Assembly (NCBI GenBank): GCA_038496445.1
Contig: JALMLS010000446.1
Location: 62,001 to 126,000 of the forward strand
Direction of reading: 5' to 3'
Length of the DNA stretch: 64,000 bases
DNA from: Trichosphaerium sp. ATCC 40318
Taxonomy: Eukaryota; Protista; Tubulinea
Part shown: positions 39,645 to 53,253 of the stretch, piece by piece
How the letters are laid out: the number at the start of each line of letters is the position of its first letter
How positions within the stretch are numbered: the first letter of the stretch is position 1
The notes under the pieces: model-generated
What the model was told of the DNA's origin: nothing
The model's input: the letters and a program-made list of their open reading frames with translations, nothing else
Databases searched by the model: none
Translations under genes and position numbers: made by a program

Positions 39645-42600
39645 ATGAGATACGGTAGAAAGTATTCCAAACAATGGGGTAGGGCAATCATTTACCCTAA
39701 AAACGTAGGCAATTAACCGTTGTACATAGCCTCCCCTACGCCCTATGTTGTAGCGTTTTACATCGCTGTAACGTTTCTTGGTACATATTTGTTCTACAGG
39801 CACGACTTTGATACTGTACGTCGTATAAACAATATATTTAGACTCCCTACGCCAAAACCAGCGTCGGCGCCTCTCACCGAGTTTTCTGAAGCGCGTGGCA
39901 AGTAAAGTTGTTTAAAAATCCTTTGTAACGAGCTCTTTAGCGCTTGAACATGTCAAGCGTATTACTCAGCTTGGTCCTCGCACTACAGGAAGCGTAAATA
40001 ACGAATTGGTCACACCAGAATATTTGCTTGAAGTATTGAATAAAATCAAGAACTCTGCGAACGGAGCTTGGCATATAGAGATTGAAACACAACGTCCAAC
40101 AGGAGCATTCAATCTTCAGTTTTTAGACCATACATTCACTAGCTACTACCAAAATATAACAAATATATTACTACGCATGTCTAGGAGAGGTAATCTAGCC
40201 AGTTTTTTATCAAATGATAAAATCAGTGACATCTGCAATGTGTCAAAAAAAAAAAAAACCATTCCGAAAAATTTCTTCTTTTTTGACATGTTTTTTTTTC
40301 TAGGTTATAAAGGAAAGGTTAATGCTTTGTTATTTTCTTCTCATTTTGACTCCGCACTTGGAAGCCCAGCTGTACACATTTATTTAAATTATTAAAGCAG
40401 TTCTAACTTGTAAAAAGGCTTCAGATGACGCAGCGAACATTGGAACAATGGTGGAGGTATGTTAGTACTTTTTTTGTGATTTGTTTTCTTGAGATAATAT
40501 TTGATGAATCACTCATATTGCCTTCTTGTAGATTGCTAGATGTTTGTCTGTGTCAGAGCCTACAAAAAATGCCGTTATATTTAACTTCAATGGAGCTGAA
40601 GAGACAATTCTTCAGGTACAAGCTTTTAAAGCAAGTTTTTTTTGGAACAATTTTCCTTACATTTGAGCACTAAAGGCCAGTCATGGATTTATTACTCAAC
40701 ACTCATGGGCTAAGAGTATACGAGGATTTATAAATTTAGAGAGTTCGGGTGCTGGAGGGCGAGAAATTGTTTTCCAGGTAAAACCTTAAGTTCTGACTTA
40801 TGGTCGCATTGACTATTTTGTTTTTACTTTTAGACTGGACCTCAACATGCCTGGTTAATCCGTTCGTATGCACAAGCTGTACCTAGACCACATAGTTCTA
40901 TTGCAGGACAAGAAATATTCCAATCCGGAGTAATTCCATCTGATACCGTACGCAACAAGCAAAGCGAAAAAATAAAGCACTTCCCTCGCTAACTTTTGTT
41001 TAAGGATTTCCGTATCTACAGAGACTATGGCGGTATCCCTGGTATTGATGCTGCGTACATAGCAAATGGTTGGGTATATCATACGCCCTTGGATGATGTT
41101 AATCATCTTGGAGTTGGAGCTGTACAACATACTGGTGATAACTTCCTTGCTTTGGCAAAATTTCTTCTCAACTCTGACGTTTTATACAACCATGACAAAT
41201 ACGCTGAAGAAACAGCTGTATTTCATGATGTATTTGGATCATTCATGATTATAATGTCACGTGAAACTGCTTTTATTTTTAACTGTGTTACTATAATTGG
41301 AGCACTCCTTGTGATTGTTTTGAAAGGTTGGTTCACCTTTGAACTTGTCAAAACGTTCTTTCTGCACATTGTACGTTATGCTTTCTTTCAGGGTTTTCTT
41401 CCTTCTTGCTGTTTTCAAAGAAACCTTTTTACTTTGGAATTGGATAAGCAAAGAGCTGATTAATCTTCGTGTAGGTTTCTCTTGTTTTGGGTGTTATCTG
41501 CGCTGTTGCTGTTGCATTATTCCAAGTGTTTATTTTACAAAGACCGATGTCGTGGTATCACTCAGTGCCTTTAGCAATGTCATTATTCTGCACATCTGCA
41601 GGTATAGGCGTATGTAAGTACAACTACAAGGCACAATACAAAAGAAATTTTTGTGCTAAAGTTCTGTTCATAGGTTTCGTGCATAGTACCTTCATCTCTA
41701 GCGTTAAAAAGAACGCTGTTCAAACAGAACGTGAAGTTTTTGTTTCTGGAGTATTATTATGGATCGTTCTATTGTCTGCTGCTACACTAGGTGGCTTGGT
41801 AAGTTAATACTATTACTTACCTTAGAAGTTAATCAATTAACTAATGGTGTAGGGTTCTGCTTTCATACTTAGTTACTGGGTTGCTTTTCCAATAATTTTC
41901 CGTTTAATTTCTTCTTTTTTTAAACCTGGTGCACTTAGTTATGCACTAACATTAGCAGGTAAATAATAGGTTATCTTTATTGTAAATAACGCACTCTTTA
42001 GGTCAATTCTTTCCTGTCATTATGATAATTTTACACTTGTTTCCAGTATGGTTGACTTTCATTGCAAGTACGGGATTACCTTGGTTAGATTATTTAGTTG
42101 CTGATGTCATGTTTAGTCACTGGAAGGAGTGGCACAACTGTAATCTCAGATATTGTTGTATCTATTCTTGTTTCTTTTCCATCTTTATTACTTATATCAA
42201 TTGCAATCAGTTTGATACACTTAAAACCAGGAGACTGGAAAAAAATTCAAATGGTTTTGGTACAAGCTTTAACTTTTTTGGTCTCTTTTTGCTGATTTTT
42301 TACTTAGGTGGCAATTCTTATTGTTGCTATTACTATATCTCTCTTGCATGGACCGTACTCAAGTGAAGCGCCAAAACGCGCCTTTGGACAGCATATACAG
42401 CGTACATTTTACGACCATAATAACAACGTGCTTAAAGAAGGTATGATAAGTAAGCTAAGTGCTAAGATTAATTTTTTTTTAAAGACTCAGGCATTTGGCT
42501 GAATGCGTTTGATTACAATGCACTAAAGCCATTTAAATCATTAAAATCAGATGTGTATGACCTATCTAAAATGGAGCACTTCCCACAAGATGAGGATGGT

Positions 42601-43275
42601 GTCTACGGGAACTTTCCATGGTACCACAACTACTGAAAAAAAACCTCCGAACGTTTAAAAGTTAATAGGTATCTACGAGTAAGAAAGATGGTTCAAGAAC
42701 ATTGGTATATCCCATGTGATCCTCCTTCTCTACAAAGACCACGTTTGGTTCTTACTAGCGATGTGACTACTAGTGGTGTCCGAAGAATGGACTTCAAAGG
42801 TATGAACTTATTATGTTCTACTTTTTTTCTAACTTTTGGATTTTTTAGTCACAGGAGCACCACAGATGACTTTTTATCTACAACCTTCTGACGGACAGAT
42901 CAATAAATGGTCTCTAACTAATGACACACCAAAAAGTAAGTATAAAAACGCCTCAAGACACTCAATCCGGTTAAAATTGCTAATTTTTGACAAGTCAAAC
43001 AAAAAAAAAAATAGCTCCTAACTTTCTTGGTAGACAAACATACAAGCGACTTTTTTATCTTATTCGCAAGTGGTAAAGTAGATGATACATCTCTTGACTT
43101 TTGGATTGAGATAGACCCAAAAGCATCTCTACAATTCGCAGTGTCAAGTCATTACCTCTCTAACCAAGAGGGTAAGCCTCTTCAAGATTTACTCGCTATG
43201 ATGCCAAAGTGGGTAGCGCCTGTAACTTGGACAGCGATGTGGGCTCACTGGATGTTCCCTGCCAGTACACAATGA
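39645..43275 (+). CDS. ERMP1: Endoplasmic reticulum metallopeptidase 1-like (M28 peptidase, multi-TM)
   Basis: [47 protein letters not shown], then TM segments and PKR. Confidence 0.93.
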
Positions 43276-43672
43276 CGAAAATTCACACTTTAGAGTCTAC
43301 AAAATAAAATGAAGTAAGAGAGTTTTGGTGCTACGCGTCGTACGCTAGCGCGTCAATACGTTAGTACAAAAAGTGTCTACAAGATATCTTTTTTTTAAGT
43401 ATCCTAAGAAAAGCGTACACACGCTTTAGTTTTGCGCTACGCGATTTCTGGGCGAACAGGGCACTTCAAGTGTTGTTTATGCTACTTTTTTTGTAGAATG
43501 GACTTGTTTGTCTACGCGCTAACAGTTAATACGTGAGTGTTCAGTTTGGGTGTTTATAAGGCGAACCGATGCTATGATAAAATGGGAGGAAGTGACTTAA
43601 TTTAGATTGATGATTTAATTTTTTTAATCGCACCGTTACACGCTTGAAGAGAATTCAACGTACTTGAAAGTT

Positions 43673-46055
43673 ATGAAACTACTTCTACTTATCGTACTGG
43701 TATTATACTCCGGTACAAAAAAAAAACGATCGTACAAAAATTAAAGCCTTACGCCCTTCTGTTAGGAACTACTTTTGCCCAAGGAGTAGGCATTGACTGT
43801 GAGTCTTTCGATTGGACGTCATGGTTGAATGGTTGTAGCGAAGAAATCGCTAGATACTCTAATACAACCCTACAGGTATGTGGTTTACTAGAGTCAATGG
43901 TTATACGCCATTAATCTAAGTACCAACCGAGTTTTTTCAAAAAAAACTTCTTGTTGTTTTTTGACGTCATACTAGCCAGATTCAATTCTTATTGCAGATG
44001 GCTTACCCACTCTCGCACCAAATGTTTTCCGTAAAGAAACTAAACGCACTTACGAAACATCCGATTTTATGATTGAGGAGGGAAGAGTGCCCGGAGTGTG
44101 TCCGCCTCTTTCGGAATGCACTGACAGCTTCAGAGACAATGCAGAAACAATTGCTTATTGTACTTCAAGTACAGCTCTTGCAGAGGCGAAAAGAAGTTTA
44201 TCAATCGCAAGAGTCGCTGAAGTACCAGTAAAGAGCGTTATTAGATTTCTCCGGGAACAATGGCACGTGACAAAAAAAAAGGAAAAAAATCCACAAAAAA
44301 ATCCAAAAATATCCAAAAAAATAACTTTTTTTTTCTAGTTTTCCTTTATACGATAGAAACTGTGAAATACGTCATTTGTTCAAATTCAGAGTATTCGCAA
44401 ATTCTGTTATAGAGCATTGCTTTGAACAAGAAAATATCCTCGATGGTGGTGTTTGCTCAGAGGCATGTGAGCAATCATTTCGCGGACTTGCAAATATGGC
44501 AAGAATTTGTGTTCATAGACCTTCTGTACTTTTGACAATGACTCGATTCAGACCACTTATTATGAGAAGAAGAGAAGCATGTGAGGTTGAAAATCTATCT
44601 GACTGTAGTTCATTATTATGGCGCGTTGGTACACTATTCACAACGTGTTTAAAGACTCGTGACACACCAGCAGTACGTAACAGTTCTTGACAATCAAACC
44701 AAGTGACAACAACTACTTTGCTAAGTAATCACGTTTTATAATTTAGGTATGTACAGATGAATGCAGGAATGCTCGTATAGCTTCAAGCAGATACATAAAC
44801 CACTGTGCAAATGAAAACCCAGGCATGTTGCCTAATGAGAACAGAGCCAGAATCGTCGAGATCGATGAAGCTTGTGACTTACTGCGTCACGGTGTCATCG
44901 AAGTTACAGAAGAGAATGAGGGTAAACATCTAAGAACTGTCACAGCACACCCGATCGATTTACCAGGAGTAACATTAGCAGACGTATGTGTGTTTCTGTT
45001 TCTTTTTTATAACTTGAAGAAGAAACTGCATTTCATCACTTTTTGGTCTTTCTGAACTCTCAATTTCGCCTGTTAATATTATTTGTAGTGTGTAGCCGAC
45101 GTCAAGAGTGACACAGAGAAAGCTCCGGCTATGACATGTACTTTTGATGGATGTCAAAGTGGTGCAAAGACAACGATGGAGATGATTTTCGATAGAGTTT
45201 CAGATTGCACTGAATCTGATATTGATTCTCCGGATACTTGTGCTTCTCGAGATTTAATCGCGGATGGATCCGGTGACATTGCCATAGATATGGCTAAAGG
45301 AACAGCGAATGCTGATAAGGAAACTGGACGTGACGGTAACGGAACGGAAGTTGTTTCAAGTGTTCAACAAGTTGTTTTTGATGATGGCTGTACAATTAAT
45401 TTCAGACAACGCAGTGCCTCTGGTACTGCATATGATGAGTCTGATAATGCTGTTCTTGGTATTGGCCTTGAAACAACTTTATCAATGGAACAATGCGTTA
45501 AAAAAACTAACATAACTTCAACGTACGTAAACAATCATTATCAAACTGTTACAATTACATTGCGAAAAAAGGAAAAAAAAAACTTGTGCAATCTAACTTT
45601 CGTTTAGGCGTGTTGTTTCAGTTCACGTCCGTTGCGATGGTCAACTAGGATCTCTAATGGACGACCCAGATAATAGCGACTATAAAATGATGACATGTGG
45701 TTGTCATGGCGTCTTCAGAGCTAGAACGACTGGAACTTGTGTTACTTGGGAAGGTGTTGTTCGTGATATTGCCTACACTCTTAAAGTAGGAACATCTAAC
45801 CCAGAAGTTGAAGAAAAACATGGCGCTTTAACAGGGAATATGCAGCAAGTTCGTATTTTTGCTATTCTTGAAGGAATTCATAATTGTGAGATTCTTGAAT
45901 GGGATCCATCAATAACAATAGATGATGATAAACTATCCACTATTGATATACCTCCTTTTTCTCCAATGGCTATTGTACAACCTCCAAGCAGTGTTTACAA
46001 ATTGAGCGCTTGTTTGATGATCATTATGCTGATGACTATGTTATTATTATTGTAA
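43673..46055 (+). CDS. Cys-rich secreted/surface protein, probable GPI or C-terminal anchor
   Basis: Signal peptide MKLLLLIVLVLYS, repeated CxxxC helical units and a hydrophobic C-terminus LMIIMLMTMLLLL*. Confidence 0.78.
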
Positions 46056-46329
46056 CAGACGACAAGGTAGAATTGTAAAGCGAAAAATAAAATATCGAAA
46101 TTGTCTTCAACTGCTATTGCTTTCTTCAAAGAACAGCTTAGTTTAAAAATAGAACGCTCTCCAAAAGGTAACCAACTATTTAATTGACCCAGACTTGTGC
46201 CCTGCACAACAGGCAGATAGTATACTATACTGGCTTAACTTCAGCAAGAGGCATAAGGCATCAGATAATCGGTTTCATGGAACGTTGGTGCGTTAAGCTA
46301 AAATAGAGGCACAATTATAATATCACCTA

Positions 46330-47060
46330 ATGATAACCACAAACAGTAACGCGCAAGCAATTAAGGGCGTAGTAGTAGGAGATGTCGCTGTCGGTAAAAC
46401 ATGCCTTTTAATTTCATACACTTCAAATGCGTTCCCTTGTGAATATACACCAAACGTACGTACTGTTGGTGTATATGCTATTTAACCTATTTATGATCCT
46501 ATTCTAACCAAAAGTCAGGTTTTTGGCAATTACAACGCAAATATAACAGTAGACAATACGCCAATCAAACTCGGACTTTGGGATATAAGCCGAGAAGAGA
46601 CTGATCGTACACGCCCAATAACATACCCACAAACGGATGTTTTCTTGGCATGCTTTTCTATTGTCTCCCCGTCATCGTTTAACAACATAAGCGAAAAGGT
46701 ATTCAAAAGCGACAAACATGTTAACATTTTGATGTCCTGATCCGCTTGCAAACATTTGTCTTACGAAACCTTTAGTGGATCCCTGAACTATCGCTTCACT
46801 GCCCTAAGGTTCCTGTGGTTCTCGTTGGCACTAAACTAGACCTACGAGATAACGAAGAAGCAAAACGAATACTAGCAAATAAGAAACAAGCGCCAATAAC
46901 ATACGAACAAGGTCTTTCATTGTTGAAAGAGATTGGCGGAACAAAATACATTGAATGCTCAGCGTTAACACTACAAGGTATCAAACACGTATTTGATGAG
47001 GCAGTACGAGCGGTTATAAGCCCAAAGAAGACAAATAAGAATAACTGCATAATATTATAA
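46330..47060 (+). CDS. Atypical Rac/Rho-family GTPase
   Basis: GDVAVGKT P-loop, LVGTKLD, ECSAL and CAAX box CIIL. Switch I is YTPNVFGNY and switch II is WDISREE (both degenerate). Confidence 0.93.
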
Positions 47061-47449
47061 ACGCGCTGCCTTCGCGGTGTATCAATAGGAAAATATTTTT
47101 GGCGAAATGTGAAAAAAACAAGAAAGACAACCATGTACTACAAAAAAGAAACAAAATCAAAATCTTATCCAAAAAAAAAAAAGTTTCTATTTTTTGCACG
47201 TGTCATAGATAACAGAATCCCAATTTGTTGCTCCTATTATGATAGAAAAACATTATTCTTGCTTGTAGCATTATTTTGGAGTAATGAAGTGGTTGGTTAA
47301 CACCAACAGTTCGATCTTCTAAAAAAATTTTCTTCATTGCATTTTTTTGTCATTTGACATGTGTCACAATTAATAGGTTTAGTTACAAATACATTAAGCT
47401 CTTCGCAAAGGAGTACTATTAGCTTCAGAGTGTTGTGGTTTTTTGGCGC

Positions 47450-47966
47450 TTATTTTTTCGCTATTTTTTTTGATGCCTCTTTAGATGCAGCTCTTACACT
47501 TCTCCTTGGACCCTTTTTCTTTGGTGAGGCTTTTGAGACGCTACTTTTTCTTTTCCCAACTGTCTTTCGTGGAGCCTTTCGTGGAGTCTTTTTTGGCGTT
47601 CTTTTCGTAGGTTTAGTTACTTTACGCACTATAGGCGCTTCAGAGCGCCTTCGCGACGTTTTTGACGAACCGCGTTTTGCTCTTATTGCCTCTCTTTTTA
47701 GTACTGACCCTCGCTGTAGCTTATCCCTTAATTCGTTAATCTCTTCCTACGCCAATGTTAACAACTAAAAACAACATCTGTAACCGACATACGTCCAATT
47801 TTTCTTTCTCATCTTTCAGCGCCTTCGTTGCCTCTTTTTCGCTTTCTACTGTTTCTTTTAGGTCTAAACACTCTTCATCGTCTTGTAACTCGTCTTCAGG
47901 GTCAAAAATATCGTATTCTTTGTATTTCTCATGAGAGACGCCTAGGCGCTCTTCAGGTGTTGCCAT
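47450..47966 (-). CDS. Small protein: acidic coiled-coil plus histone H1-like K/R-rich tail with TPKK/TPRK/SPKK motifs
   Basis: Spliced product: ...EEINELRDKL...KPTKRTPKKTPRKAPRK...ASPKKKGPRR...KKIAKK*. Confidence 0.72.
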
Positions 47967-48148
47967 TCACTCAAATTCAAGCTGTCCCATGTTAAGGTGC
48001 GAGTTGAGCTTAATTCCGGCGCGAACGATTGTAGAAGCCAAGCTTCTTACGCTACAGTTGTGCTACGACTGTGCCATAGCGTCTGAGTGACGAAAAAGAC
48101 ATGTGGCTCGAACAAATAGAACAACTTTAGGCAAATACGTTATTGCTC

Positions 48149-50337
48149 ATGTCTGTACCACTGCGTAAGGCATTACACTATCCCAGTGTACGAAATACTA
48201 GCGTTGGTTACTCAACAGAATTACATCCAACATTTACAACCATCAAAGAGCTTGAAAAGGCAAAAAAGCGCGTCAAAAGGCACGTAATAAGCAACTAGTA
48301 CCTATTAACCGAAAAAAGAGCTACTGTACCAGATTGGACCTCCAGAGCTTATCAATTGGCCAAATTAGATGATATCAGTCACGCGTGTAATATAAAACAG
48401 CTCTCTGGATGGTATGCTCTTGGATATGATGACTTTGTAGAGCATGGTGCATCAGGCTTGCTGTACGGATCAAACAATGGTGTTTACCTTACAAGTCTAG
48501 CTACCACTTTTCAAACTCGGTGTCAGGCTGTCTAATGGAGCTATATCCACACTACAACTGGAAACCTTGGAGGTTCTCGTAAGTCAATAATCACGTGGTT
48601 TTATTCTCTTACTTGGTTGACATAGTTCAGCACCTCGACGTTTTTGGAAAGACAAAAATAATCAAAGGACACTTTTCAACGAAATTGGCAAAGCTATTAA
48701 CGTTAAGTGTCTTGATGATTGGAATTGTGTTAGTATAGGTAGTCTTATATCTCGTGGAGCAAATGGAGTATTGTAAGGCTCAGCTATCATACCTGATGTG
48801 CCTATTACTTATATTCATTTTAACTTGTAGATTCTATTACAAAGGAGGTATAGTAGAGTGTTTGGATGCCTTGTACCCGAATCATTCTTTTAATTATGTT
48901 GGCGATAGCCCGGAAGCGTTTATAGGGTTACATAAATTGCGTAATGGCGCTCGAACCGAACGAGAGTATGCTGTGAAATCCTTTTTTTTGTCTAATCACT
49001 TTATTGATAGAAATGAACCTGAACCTTTTTGGCAAACTTCTGATCGTTATCAAATCAATTTGTGCGAAAAGGAATTAGAATTAAAAACTCTGGATGATTG
49101 GTATCATGTAAACGTACGAGAAATTCGTATGCGTGCCAGTACAGCTGTTACAAGGTAAGTAACAAAAACTCCTACAATTTTGTCCTTTTTTTTTTTCGAT
49201 TTTAAACACGTTCTCGAGAACCTTCTCGTGTCCGTCAACTCCTGTATTTGAAATTAAGACTTATATTCATTCAGTGTAATGCTGGAAAACTGATTTTTTT
49301 TGTATTCTAGGATCAAGTCTATACCAAAACTTCTGAGTACTGTTTATCCTGATTATAGTTGGGATTTAAATTCTTTTTATTGGCGTAATAAAGGTAAATT
49401 CAGTAATAAAGACAAGCGGCTGGATTTCCTTTTTAAGGTTCGTGATACTCTTGATATTACAAATCCTACAGCATGGTATGTTACTTGTTGATCATCGCTT
49501 GTTTTTTTGTTAACGATTTTAAAGGTATCGTGTTGCTGCAGAGCAACTTGGTAAGCTTGGTGGACATGGAATACTTGAACACTGGCCACAAGTTCTCTCC
49601 CTTGTTGATCCGAATTTTGACTGGAAGTGGGATAGATTTGTGTGGCGTGGAAAACATGCGAAGCAATGGTTCGTATTAGGAAATGTTTTTTTTACTATTG
49701 ACATGTCATTTTAATGCTTGTTTAGGGCACTTCTTCAGTGTGTTAGAAATATATTTCCAGATAAAACAATCACAGAAGAACATAACGTTGGTAACAGTCT
49801 AAGCGATTTTGATGCTATAACTGTTGATATTTTCGTTCATGAGCTGAACCTTGCTATTGAATATCAAGGTAATTACATCCTTTTTTATTGGATATTTTTT
49901 TCACTTCTGTGTTTTACACCATAAGTTTATGCTTCTAATATGTGCGTTGTTTAGGTGAACAACATTACACAGATCGGATATTTTCTGGTCATTTTTCGGC
50001 TGCACAAACTACTAGAGATGTTCAAAAAATTGCTTTGTGTAAGGAAGCAGGGATTTGCTTGGTTCCTATTTCTTATTCTTGGTCCCTTGATGAACCTACA
50101 ATTATAGCAACTATAAAACACTATTATCCAGATATAGATATTAAAGTACCTTCGGGAGCTCGACCATTGCTTGATTCATCAATACCTGATGGCAGTACGC
50201 AAACGGTTTTTTTCTTCTTTTTTTCGTTTTGTTGAAACAACTTGCACAACTTGTCCAGTTTGACTTGATTCATATCTATTCTGAAATTGCATGTAGGTGT
50301 AAATTTGATGGGTGCTCAAGAGATAGTAGCTATGTGA
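48149..50337 (+). CDS. Trp-rich ~70-aa helical repeat protein with C-terminal RAP/Vsr-like PD-(D/E)xK nuclease domain (copy 1)
   Basis: Four repeats of PxxFW...NQR...LDDWY...GxxLL...YPxxxW. C-terminal VDIFVHELNLAIEYQGEQHY...RD..K...GICLVPISYSW. Presequence-like N-terminus. Confidence 0.82.
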
Positions 50338-50634
50338 GGGGGAAATAAAAGGTCATAAACAAACAATACAAGCGAACAAATAAAACAATGTAAAAAAGGT
50401 AATCAAAAAAAACAAGAATCCATCTGCTATGCTACCCCAACGTCTTAAGTAAAACATTTTATTTTGTTCCAAACCCACACGCTGTTTCTGGACACGCTTG
50501 GTAAGTTGTAACACTTTGTACACATTTTCCTACCTTGATAAAGTGTCAACATCTTTCAAGCCATTTTAAGAAGTTCGTTGTTCTAATGCACGCCATAGTA
50601 TCACTTTAGTGTTATCGTGAACAAAGGAAACGCC

Positions 50635-53253
50635 ATGAATAGTTATTTTATCCCTTTGTGTGTTCTGCTAGTGCTTTCTTTCTCATCCACTGGCTTTGGT
50701 ATATGCGTACCTTATGTTTTAAATGTAACAGGGTCACCTCAACGGTAAGTTGTTCAAAAGTTCATTGGGTATCTCTACATGCGTCTTTTGGCTCTGTTTC
50801 GACGTTCTAACGCAGTCTTCAGGTGTGATGATGTAGTAGAAAGCTCTACATTAGTTTATTTACCAGATAATACCACACAGGCGCAAGTACAAGCGTAAGT
50901 GCTCGTTTTTAGCTCAAAAGCAAAAAATAGAGAATGTTTTGACTCTACAAGCATTGATTATCAGTTAAATTCATGAACAGACTGGAAAACAATTTCTTTA
51001 TCATGTTTACAATACTTCTATTACGAATTTTTAACACAGAGAGGTGTTTGGGCAACTTTACTTTTTTGGAAAATCTGTTTTAAGTGAATATGTTCTATAG
51101 AAAGCAGTTTTCTTTTTTTGACACTGTTGTAGGGATATTGATATTGCTTTACCTGGTATAGATGTTTTAGATGACGTAGGTGGATCATCTTGTAAAGATT
51201 CTATTGTTCTTTACGCTTGTCAAGCGGGTTTCAAGAGGTGTAATGATTCATTTCCGGATGGTGTTGTTTTACCTTGTTTTGACACTTGTGAAAACATCGG
51301 CATTCAATGTGAACAATTCTTGGCGTTCACATCTCTACAGCTTCCTGATTGTACAAATAGAACCCTTGTTTCTCTAGATTGTAATGCCACACGTGATAAT
51401 AACGTAACAGGTAAACGTGCAAAGAATTTACAAGATCGGACTTGATACCAATCTCATTTTTGTTTTAGCTGATACGTTAATTTGTCCTGCTGGACTTTTT
51501 CGCGATGTTGAGAGTGCCACTCTACGAACTTGTGCGCGTTTTTATAATTTAGACGTTCATCTTATTGTTTTCTAGATGAGGGCCCATGCTGGGCGTGTCC
51601 GGCTCCTGTGTTTTCAGGTACATTGCCTGTGAGTACATTTTTCATTAATAATCCGTAAGATACTTCAACTCTTGTTATCAAGTACTTCTCTATTGCCGTG
51701 GGATGTAGTGGAATGATACTGTCAGCTTTTTGTTTAATTGTCTTCTTGGGAAACCCATTGTACGTTAAATTGAATCATTGTCATCAAAGTAACTTTTGTT
51801 TTTGTAGGTTCAGAACATTTCAAACGCAATACTTCAGTATTCTCTGCGTTGACTCCTTTGTTACTGGCATGTGTCTATTTATCACATCTCTTTCCCCTGA
51901 ATTCTTCACATGCGAGAATGAATCTCGTATGGCTCATTCATGGCACGTGCCATGCACCATCCAAGGTATTACCAACCTGGTGGTCATAAGATTTACAAAT
52001 TTGTTTTGTTCTTTAGGTTTTATTTTCTTGTTTGCTGGAAATCAATTGGTATTGTGCTGGCTTTTGATGGCACTAAATAGTGCATACATTAAGTATAGAG
52101 GCATTAAACTTGTTGGTGGGTATCCGAGACATTATAAAATAGTACGTAACATGCATAGTAGTATGGAAAAGAGTCAGTTCTTCTGATACCGTTGTAGTTT
52201 GTTTACACTGTTTTATGGGCTGTGCCTGCAATTATAACAGTTGCTGCTCTTGTTAGTGGTCAAATAACGGCACTCCCTGGTTTTAACTTTTGCTTTGGTA
52301 CATCACAAGCACATTAAAATCGATTTTATGCTAACTTAATTTACCTAAGTCACAATCAATAATAGATGGTCTCAGTGGGTATTCTTTTTTGGTCCTATGA
52401 TACCTTGTTCAGTTGTCGCTATTTCTAGCTTCTTGTTTTTGGTATATCACTTATGCACGAATGATACGGTAAGCGCAATTTCCATACAAACATTCCTGGC
52501 TTGGTTTGTTTTAAGTTGGTTTTTTAAACTGACTTAACTTTTCATGAAAGGTTGCTACTGCTGAAGATTTAAAAAGAAAGCGCACTAGGGCTCTTGTTAT
52601 TTCTCATGTTGTGATATACTGGCTTGTGATTATATATATATTTACGTATGTTTGTTGACTTGCTGTAGTTGTTTTTTCAGTATTTTTTTTGTTTCTTGTT
52701 TTTTTCTTATAAGTGTTAACTATGCGTAGGTATCGTATTTATATTGAACTTGAACTAGCAGACACCGAGAATCAATATCTCGAGTGTCTTCAACTAGAAG
52801 CAGACATTACAAAATGCTTTCAGATTAATGAACTCAATGTTACAGCAACTGTTATTTTCATCTTTTGCATAGGAGGTAAACCTTTGTTTTTTTTCTTTCT
52901 TTGCTTGCTCACTTTTGAGATCACGTGTTTGGCGAATTATCTTTCTAACAAAAGAGAGCTAATTTATTTGTATAAAGGTACTGGTGTCGTTATATTTATT
53001 GCTTTCATGTGCATGCAGTACGTACAACAATAAGAAAGCTAACAAACATAGACTTTTCCTTTTTCTTTATTAGGTACTTACTTATTTTTCTAGCTCATTT
53101 CGTGCAATGGTGAAAGGTTATTTCTCAAAAGTATGGCCTAATAGTACATCTTCAAACACGGCCACCTTATCTAAAAATATAACTTATCCATCAAACGGTG
53201 AAGAAGAATATACACTAAATTCATCTTTCAAGAAACAAAACAATAATGTATAA
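50635..53253 (+). CDS. Frizzled/Smoothened-like GPCR (copy 1)
   Basis: Signal peptide, Cys-rich domain (C...YACQAGFKRC...LPCFDTC...C...LPDC), CPAP linker, and a 7TM region with CTIQG and WLLMALN. Confidence 0.88.

Noticed and set aside
43290-43670. Fold-back in the ERMP1/Cys-rich gene spacer (and 28340-28780)
   Set aside because: Only short or local helices found; not distinguishable by eye from chance.
44255-44360. Possible in-frame TGA (selenocysteine) created by a GC-donor junction in the Cys-rich protein
   Set aside because: An ordinary GT-AG parse (..NNGT|NCEIR..) restores the frame; no SECIS seen.
47361-47768. 135-aa hydrophobic ORF on + strand
   Set aside because: Antisense shadow of the lysine-rich minus-strand gene.
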